DNA of 64,000 nt from Pontiella sp. (GTDB lineage: Bacteria; Verrucomicrobiota; Kiritimatiellia; Kiritimatiellales; Pontiellaceae). The notes beneath the pieces are model-generated. The model saw only the letters and a program-made list of their open reading frames with translations, was not told where the DNA came from and did no database searches. Below, piece after piece: positions 58,206 to 64,000 of this stretch (its first letter is position 1; the number at the start of each line of letters is the position of its first letter). The position numbers and the translations under genes were made by a program. Where the stretch lies: positions 160,001 to 224,000 of the forward strand of contig JBNKHE010000004.1 in NCBI GenBank assembly GCA_050290185.1, given 5' to 3'.

Positions 58206-59051
58206 TTACTTGAAATTCTTCCGAGTCGCCTTGATCAGCGCCTTCCACAGCGCGTCTTCGGAATCGGCTGCCAGCAACGCTTCACTGGCTTCTTTCTCGC
58301 GGAAGGTCCGCGAAAGGCCCGAGATCAGCTTCAGGTAGAAGGCGCTGGTCGCTGTCGGAATCACCACAAAGAAGAAGATCCGTGTCAGGGTACGCCCCGG
58401 ACCTCCGAATTTAATGCCCTTCTTGTGAATACCGACCACCATGGAAAGACCGCCGCCTTCGACGCCGCGCACATGAGGAAATGCCAAACCGTTATCCACG
58501 GCGGTACTGATAATCGCCTCGCGCTGCAAGGCCATATCGAGCAACTGCGCGCCATCTTCGACAAACCCCTCATCCGCCATGCGTGTGCACATCTCGCCAA
58601 GCACTTCCTCGGGCGTGCTTCCCTTGAGGGAAACCATCATCAGCTCCGGCGATGTAAAACGGGATATACCCACCTTGCGGGCTTCACCAATAGAACGGCT
58701 GACGCGCTCACGTGCCACCAGTTGCTCCGGATAATAGAGATAACGGGCGCAGTTCGGACAACGGTGCATACCATCCGCCTTGTGCACGCTGTTAACCAGA
58801 CTCTTGGTCAGGGCCATTCCACAGCCGGCGCACTGTCCACTCGACACCGGCACAATGGCTTCCGGGTGCTTTTGCAGCAGACGGTTAAAATGCGATTTTA
58901 CCTGTTGCGGAATATCCGCACCGAGAGCGGCAATTGATTTTTCCAGTACTTCAAGCCGCGCAGTAGGCATGGATGCACGTTTTTGAAGGTTAGCAACAAT
59001 CAGCTCCTGAAGCTGTATCAATTGGTTTATTAGACTATGGGTTGTTGTCAT
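58206..59051 (-). CDS. C4-type zinc ribbon (zf-RING_7-like) fused to a PTS EIIA (PtsN-like) domain
   Basis: AIVPV..CAGCGM..CPNCARYLY; RE..ST....GLAFPH (phospho-His). Confidence 0.88.
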   Translation of the reverse strand: MTTTHSLINQLIQLQELIVANLQKRASMPTARLEVLEKSIAALGADIPQQVKSHFNRLLQKHPEAIVPVSSGQCAGCGMALTKSLVNSVHKADGMHRCPNCARYLYYPEQLVARERVSRSIGEARKVGISRFTSPELMMVSLKGSTPEEVLGEMCTRMADEGFVEDGAQLLDMALQREAIISTAVDNGLAFPHVRGVEGGGLSMVVGIHKKGIKFGGPGRTLTRIFFFVVIPTATSAFYLKLISGLSRTFREKEASEALLAADSEDALWKALIKATRKNFK

Positions 59052-59177
59052 TTAAATCCTCGGTTCAGTTGGAATTTCGATAGCAAAAGATACTAGAATT
59101 TATCCCAATGGGAAGCCTAACACTTACATTTTCCTACGCATTTGAGACCTTGCCCAAAGGAACGTTCAATCTTCCCT

Positions 59178-60560
59178 CTAAAGCTCGCCAACGGCTGAAA
59201 TCAGGTCCCGCAAGACCGCCTTCGCATCGCCAAACAGCATGAGCGTGTTGTCGTTGATGAACAACTGGTTCGGGATCCCGGCAAATCCGGGACTCAGGCT
59301 GCGCTTGACGACAATCACGGTGCGGGACTTGTCGACCTCCAGAATCGGCATCCCGTAGATCGGACTTCCGGTATCGTCGCGTGCCGCCGGATTCGTTACA
59401 TCGTTGGCGCCGAGCACAATGGTTACATCGGTCTGCGAAAACTCGGGATTGATATGCTCCATTTCGACGAGCTTTTCATACGGCACCTTGGCTTCGGCCA
59501 GCAATACGTTCATATGACCGGGCATACGGCCTGCCACCGGATGAATGGCATATTTAACGTCAACGCCGCGAGCCTCCAGCAAGGTCGCAAAGTCCTGCGT
59601 CGCGTATTGCGCCTGCGCCACAGCCAAACCATAGCCGGGCGCAATGACCACCTTCTGCGCATCTTCGAGCAGCATGGCCACTTCTTCCGCGCCGCAACTC
59701 TTCACCTTGCCCTCGTAGAACTCCTTGCCGGGAATCGAAGCCATCTGTTCATCGCTCACCATCGCCCCGCCAAACAGCACGGCACCCAGCGACCGGTTCA
59801 TCGCCTTGCACATGATCTGGCTAAGAATAATGCCCGATGCCCCAACCAGTGATCCGCTGATGATCAATCCGTTGTTCATCAGGACAAATCCCGTGGCCGC
59901 CGCCGCAAGGCCGGAATAGGAATTGAGCAACGCAATGACCACCGGCATATCCGCACCGCCGATGGCAAGTACCAGCAGAACCCCAAGCGCAAGCGCAGCG
60001 ACAACAAGCGCCACCAATAGAATGCCCCAACCCTGCCAGATAAACAGCGCCGCCAAAGTCAGTACACCCAACCCCAGCGCCACCCGAAGCAAACTTTGGT
60101 GCGGCAGTTTCATCGCCTTATCGGCAAACCCCTGTAATTTGGCCCAGGCCACGATGCTTCCCGTCAGCGTGACCGACCCAATCAGCGCGCTGAGCGACAG
60201 CGCCACCATCCATGCCGGCGTTTTGACCGCATCCGGCGAGATAATGAACTGGGAAAGCGCCACCAACAGGGAGGCCCCCCCGCCGAAACCGTTCAACAGG
60301 CCTACCATTTCCGGCATGGCCGTCATCTTGACCGTTCGTGCGATATAGGCCCCTATTCCGCCGCCCACCACCATGCCGGCGATGACCCAGCCAAAGCTCA
60401 AGACCTGCTTGTCGACCAGCGTCGCCACAATGGCAATCAGCATGCCCACAGCGCCGATCATGTTTCCCCGGACTGCGGTTTTGGGCGAACCCAGCCCCTT
60501 CAGACCCATAATAAAAAGGACGGCGGCAACGAGATAGGCAAGATTGATGAGATAGGGCAT
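59178..60560 (-). CDS. pntB: NAD(P) transhydrogenase subunit beta
   Basis: MTAMPE, GGADMPV, NSYSG, PGYGLAVAQAQ, HPVAGRMPGHMNVLLAEA, GAND. Confidence 0.97.
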   Translation of the reverse strand: MPYLINLAYLVAAVLFIMGLKGLGSPKTAVRGNMIGAVGMLIAIVATLVDKQVLSFGWVIAGMVVGGGIGAYIARTVKMTAMPEMVGLLNGFGGGASLLVALSQFIISPDAVKTPAWMVALSLSALIGSVTLTGSIVAWAKLQGFADKAMKLPHQSLLRVALGLGVLTLAALFIWQGWGILLVALVVAALALGVLLVLAIGGADMPVVIALLNSYSGLAAAATGFVLMNNGLIISGSLVGASGIILSQIMCKAMNRSLGAVLFGGAMVSDEQMASIPGKEFYEGKVKSCGAEEVAMLLEDAQKVVIAPGYGLAVAQAQYATQDFATLLEARGVDVKYAIHPVAGRMPGHMNVLLAEAKVPYEKLVEMEHINPEFSQTDVTIVLGANDVTNPAARDDTGSPIYGMPILEVDKSRTVIVVKRSLSPGFAGIPNQLFINDNTLMLFGDAKAVLRDLISAVGEL

Positions 60561-60563
60561 GGG

Positions 60564-60854
60564 TTAATCCTTCTTCTTCTTGAACATATGCAGCATACGG
60601 TCGGTAACCATGAAGCCGCCGACAATATTGATCATCGCAAGCACGACCGCGAGAAAACCAAGCAGTGCCGAAAAGAAATTGCCCGTATCCCCAGCTCCGG
60701 CACACAGAATCGCACCGATGATAGTGATGCCGGAAATGGCATTCGATCCACTCATCAACGGCGTATGCAACGTAGGCGGAACTTTCGTGATCACCTCGTA
60801 GCCAATGAAGACCGCGAGAACAAAAATGGTTAATGCTTCTATCAATGCATCCAT
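60564..60854 (-). CDS. pntAb: NAD(P) transhydrogenase subunit alpha part 2 (membrane)
   Basis: VPPTLHTPLMSGSNAISG, GGFMVTDRML. Confidence 0.95.
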   Translation of the reverse strand: MDALIEALTIFVLAVFIGYEVITKVPPTLHTPLMSGSNAISGITIIGAILCAGAGDTGNFFSALLGFLAVVLAMINIVGGFMVTDRMLHMFKKKKD

Positions 60855-60856
60855 AA

Positions 60857-61999
60857 CTATACTCCTTCTTGTTCCATCAGCGGTTTGATCATTTCATGGA
60901 CGACATGGCCTTCATGCACCAGCAGCGCGCCTTTCACAATATCATCCTCGAGATCGATCCTGAATTCGCCCTCCTTCACCATATTGAGCAGGAAGGTGGA
61001 AATATTTTTCGAGAACAGCTGAGAGGCATGCACGGCCGATCGCGAGGGATAGTCGATGTAGCCGACAATCTTTATGCCATGCTTTTCGACCACTTCGCCG
61101 GAAACCGCCCCTTCGGTGTTGCCGCCTCGTTCTGCGGCGAGATCAATGATCACCGACCCAGGCCGCATGGCCTGCAGCATGTCGTCGGTAATCAGTACGG
61201 GCGACTTCTTGCCGGGGATCGCCGCGGTCGTAATCACCACATCGACCGCCGCCACCTTGGCCTTCATCTGCTCCTGCTGTTTTTTGTAGAACTCGTCCGA
61301 CTGCGCCTTGGCGTAACCGCCCTTGTCCTCAGCACTCTCTGTATCGAGGTCGAACTCGACAAACTTGGCCCCGACGCTCTCCACTTGTTCCTTCACCACC
61401 GGGCGCGTGTCGTAGGCGTCAACAACCGCACCTAGCCGCTTGGCCGTGGCGATGGCCATCAGTCCGGCCACGCCCGCACCGATTACGAACACCTTGGCCG
61501 GCGTAATCGTACCGGCGGAAGTCATCAGCATCGGGAAATATTTCGGTAGCAGGTCGGCCGCTTCGATAACGGCGCGGTAACCCGCAATCGCCGCCATGGA
61601 GCTCAGTACGTCCATGCTCTGTGCGCGGGTAATACGCGGCACAAACTCCAGCCCGAAACCGCTGATCTTTTTACCGGCCAGCTGTTCCATCAGATCGAGT
61701 TTGAAAAAGGCATCCATCAGGCAGATCAAGGTGCATCCCTCCCGCATCTTCCCCACCTCGGACGCCTCCGGCGGACGAACCTTGAAAATGATATCGGCCG
61801 ACGCATAGAGCGCATCGGCATCCGGCGCGATTTTGGCCCCCGCCTCAACGTAGGCTTCGTCGGGAATATAGGCTCCGGCCCCCGCCCCGCTTTCCACCAG
61901 CACCTCCAGCCCCGCCTTGGTCAGAATAGCAATGGAATGGGGAATCAGCGCAACCCGGTTTTCACCCGGCAGGATCTCTTTCGCAACAGCAACTAGCAT
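60857..61999 (-). CDS. pntAa: NAD(P) transhydrogenase subunit alpha part 1 (NAD-binding)
   Basis: ENRVA, PRITRAQSMDVLSS, GAGVAGL, GGYAK, DLAAERGGN. Confidence 0.96.
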   Translation of the reverse strand: MLVAVAKEILPGENRVALIPHSIAILTKAGLEVLVESGAGAGAYIPDEAYVEAGAKIAPDADALYASADIIFKVRPPEASEVGKMREGCTLICLMDAFFKLDLMEQLAGKKISGFGLEFVPRITRAQSMDVLSSMAAIAGYRAVIEAADLLPKYFPMLMTSAGTITPAKVFVIGAGVAGLMAIATAKRLGAVVDAYDTRPVVKEQVESVGAKFVEFDLDTESAEDKGGYAKAQSDEFYKKQQEQMKAKVAAVDVVITTAAIPGKKSPVLITDDMLQAMRPGSVIIDLAAERGGNTEGAVSGEVVEKHGIKIVGYIDYPSRSAVHASQLFSKNISTFLLNMVKEGEFRIDLEDDIVKGALLVHEGHVVHEMIKPLMEQEGV

Positions 62000-62041
62000 C
62001 GGCGGCACCTCGCATTGGATTATATCAGTAAAGCTGATTGA

Positions 62042-62070
62042 AGATTACTTCATTGAAAAATATCCGTCAA
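62042..62070 (-). promoter_or_regulatory. Putative sigma70 promoter of the pnt operon
   Basis: TTGACG-N17-TAATCT. Confidence 0.55.
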
Positions 62071-62249
62071 GGAATTGGGATGTCGGGCGCCAATGTGCAC
62101 GTTGACCCGCATGAAATGACTCCATCGCATCCGGACGAAGGACAGCGGACTGGGTTCAATGATGCATGAAAAATGACACAGGGTGAAACGATAAGTTGTG
62201 GAAACAGGAAAAAGCACACATCACCGCATAGCGGCAGCTCTACCACTAC

Positions 62250-63683
62250 CTATGCGCCCTGCTCCGCCAGCATTTTGTTGATGGCGGCGGCGGCCTTCCG
62301 GCCTTCGCCCATGGCGAGGATGACGGTGGCGGCGCCGAGGACGATGTCGCCGCCGGCATAGATGCGGTCGAGGGAGGACTTGCCGGCTTCGTCGACGACA
62401 ATGTTGCCCCATCGATTGGTTTCCAGGCCCGGCGTGGTTTGCCGGATCAGCGGATTGGAGTCGTTGCCGATGGCGACGATGACGGTATCGAGGTCGATTT
62501 CGAATTCGCTGCCTTCAATGGCTATAGGACGGCGGCGGCCGGAGTCATCGGGTTCGCCCAGCTCGTAGCGCAGGCATTCGATCCCGCTGACCCAACCGCG
62601 TTCATCGGAGAGGATGCGCTTGGGGTTTTGCAACATATGGAAAATGACACCCTCTTCCCTGGCGTGATGGACCTCCTCGACACGCGCAGGCATTTCGACT
62701 TCGGTGCGGCGATAGATCAGGTGGACTTCCCTGGCTCCGAGACGCACGGCGGTACGCGCGGCATCCATCGCCACATTGCCGCCACCGAGCACGGCGACCT
62801 TTTCGGACTCAAAAATGGGCGTGAAGGAGCGCTCCTTGTCGTAGGCCTTCATCAAGTTGGAACGGGTCAGGTATTCGTTGGCGGAATAGACGCCGACAAG
62901 ATTTTCGCCCTCAATATTCATAAAGCGCGGCAGGCCGGCTCCGGTTCCAATGAAGAGTGCATCGAAGCCGTCTTGTTCGAGCAGGTCGATAATTTTGCGG
63001 GTACGGCCGATCACGAAGTTGGTTTCCAGCGTGCAGCCCATCGCGGTCAGGGCATCGATTTCCTGCTGCACGATCTTCTTCGGCAGACGGAATTCGGGAA
63101 TGCCGTAGACCATCACGCCACCGGGTTTGTGAAAGGCTTCGAACAGCACGACTTCGTGCCCCTCTCTTCGGATGTCGGCGGCTACGGTGAGTCCGGCGGG
63201 ACCGGTGCCGATGATCCCCACTTTCTTTCCGGTCTCCGGCTTAACGTCCGGCACTTCGACCAGCCCGTTTTCGCGCTCCCAGTCGGCCACAAAGCGTTCG
63301 AGCCGGCCGATGCTGACCGCCTTGTCGACCGACTTGAGCGCCTTGCCCACGGTACAGGGGGCCTGGCACTGGGATTCCTGCGGGCATACGCGGCCGCAAA
63401 CGGCGGGTAGCAGACTGCTTCCCTTAATAATATCCACGGCCTGCTTGTTGTCGCCCTTGGCAATGGCCTGGATAAAGCCGGGAATGTCAATGCTCACGGG
63501 ACAGCCGGAAATGCACGGCGCATTTTTGCACTGCAGACAGCGTTCGGCTTCCAGAATCGCCTGTTCGTGCGAGTAGCCCAGTGCCACCTCTTCCATATTG
63601 CCGCGGCGCACCTGCGGATCCTGCTGCGGCATTTCCTGCACCGGAATCGCCAGCCGTTCCTTAGGGGTCAGTTCACGGTTCAT
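62250..63683 (-). CDS. nfnB: GltD-like flavoprotein, large subunit of the NfnAB (SudAB) bifurcating transhydrogenase
   Basis: EAERCLQC..C..GCP, CGRVCPQESQC, GPAG, YGIPEFRLP, GGGNVAMD, GAATVILAMG; overlaps the NfnA-like gene. Confidence 0.88.
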   Translation of the reverse strand: MNRELTPKERLAIPVQEMPQQDPQVRRGNMEEVALGYSHEQAILEAERCLQCKNAPCISGCPVSIDIPGFIQAIAKGDNKQAVDIIKGSSLLPAVCGRVCPQESQCQAPCTVGKALKSVDKAVSIGRLERFVADWERENGLVEVPDVKPETGKKVGIIGTGPAGLTVAADIRREGHEVVLFEAFHKPGGVMVYGIPEFRLPKKIVQQEIDALTAMGCTLETNFVIGRTRKIIDLLEQDGFDALFIGTGAGLPRFMNIEGENLVGVYSANEYLTRSNLMKAYDKERSFTPIFESEKVAVLGGGNVAMDAARTAVRLGAREVHLIYRRTEVEMPARVEEVHHAREEGVIFHMLQNPKRILSDERGWVSGIECLRYELGEPDDSGRRRPIAIEGSEFEIDLDTVIVAIGNDSNPLIRQTTPGLETNRWGNIVVDEAGKSSLDRIYAGGDIVLGAATVILAMGEGRKAAAAINKMLAEQGA

Positions 63684-64000
63684 TTCATGTTCTCCAGCCT
63701 GCAGACGTGGTCGCGCTCCTGCTTCTTGTAGGAAGCCAGACGGCTGATCATGTTATCGAAGTCGACGAGGTGTCCGTCGAATTCGGGCCCGTCGACGCAC
63801 ACAAATTTGGTTTCATCGCCGACCGTTACGCGGCAACCGCCGCACATGCCGGTACCGTCGACCATGATGGTGTTCAACGAGACTACGGTGTGCACACCGA
63901 ACGGCCGCGTAGCCTCGGCGCAGAATTTCATCATCACGGGCGGACCGATGGCCACGGCCAGACCCGGCTTCGTTTCGCGCTGGCAGCATTCGACGAGCGG
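63680..64000 (-). CDS. nfnA: NfnA/SudB small subunit (FAD/NAD-binding, [2Fe-2S]); 5' end outside the window
   Basis: AIGPPVMMK, SLNTIMVDGTGMCGGCRV, CVDGPEFDGH (Asp-ligated [2Fe-2S] motif). Confidence 0.9.
   Translation of the reverse strand, partial: PLVECCQRETKPGLAVAIGPPVMMKFCAEATRPFGVHTVVSLNTIMVDGTGMCGGCRVTVGDETKFVCVDGPEFDGHLVDFDNMISRLASYKKQERDHVCRLENMK

Noticed and set aside
62036..62056. Canonical Rex operator
   Set aside because: Spacing and flanks do not match TTGTGAA-N4-TTCACAA; kept only as an unknown palindrome
1..64000. CRISPR array, rRNA, prophage, defence systems
   Set aside because: No regularly spaced repeats or hallmark genes seen by eye; weak or degenerate signals could have been missed

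Overview
A gene-dense, moderately GC-rich bacterial chromosome segment. It is probably from the PVC superphylum (Kiritimatiellota/Verrucomicrobia-like); this is inferred from the murD-LysM-ftsW arrangement and the gene content. In order it holds: a GH2 glycosidase running off the left edge; a spermidine-synthase-like methyltransferase; tRNA-Pro(GGG); a transglutaminase-like unknown, a frameshifted rhodanese, a Ub-Mut7C RNase and a lone hypB; rluA and an RNA methyltransferase; a partial dcw cluster (mraZ to ftsW, no murG); a GltD-like flavoprotein plus 2-oxoacid oxidoreductase operon; ybaK; a GH51 arabinofuranosidase; cvfB-rhlE-recJ; a five-gene partner-switching/sugar-transferase operon; a CDF transporter; tgt-yajC-secDF; a glycogen operon with eukaryote-type enzymes; a His-less HisKA protein; ilvBN; a CPA2 antiporter, rlmN and a zinc-ribbon-PTS EIIA fusion; pntAAB; and nfnAB running off the right edge. 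I saw no CRISPR array, rRNA, prophage or autonomous transposase. The best candidates for novel biology are: (1) an HptB/HsbR/HsbA-like partner switch interleaved with an active phosphoglycosyl transferase and a doubly degenerate nucleotidyltransferase-PGT pseudo-enzyme; (2) a hairpin-rich 67-codon uORF between mraZ and rsmH, in frame with rsmH; (3) a zf-RING_7-EIIA fusion; (4) a pseudo-HisKA protein behind a sigma54-type promoter. All calls are from reading motifs by eye, with no database searches.
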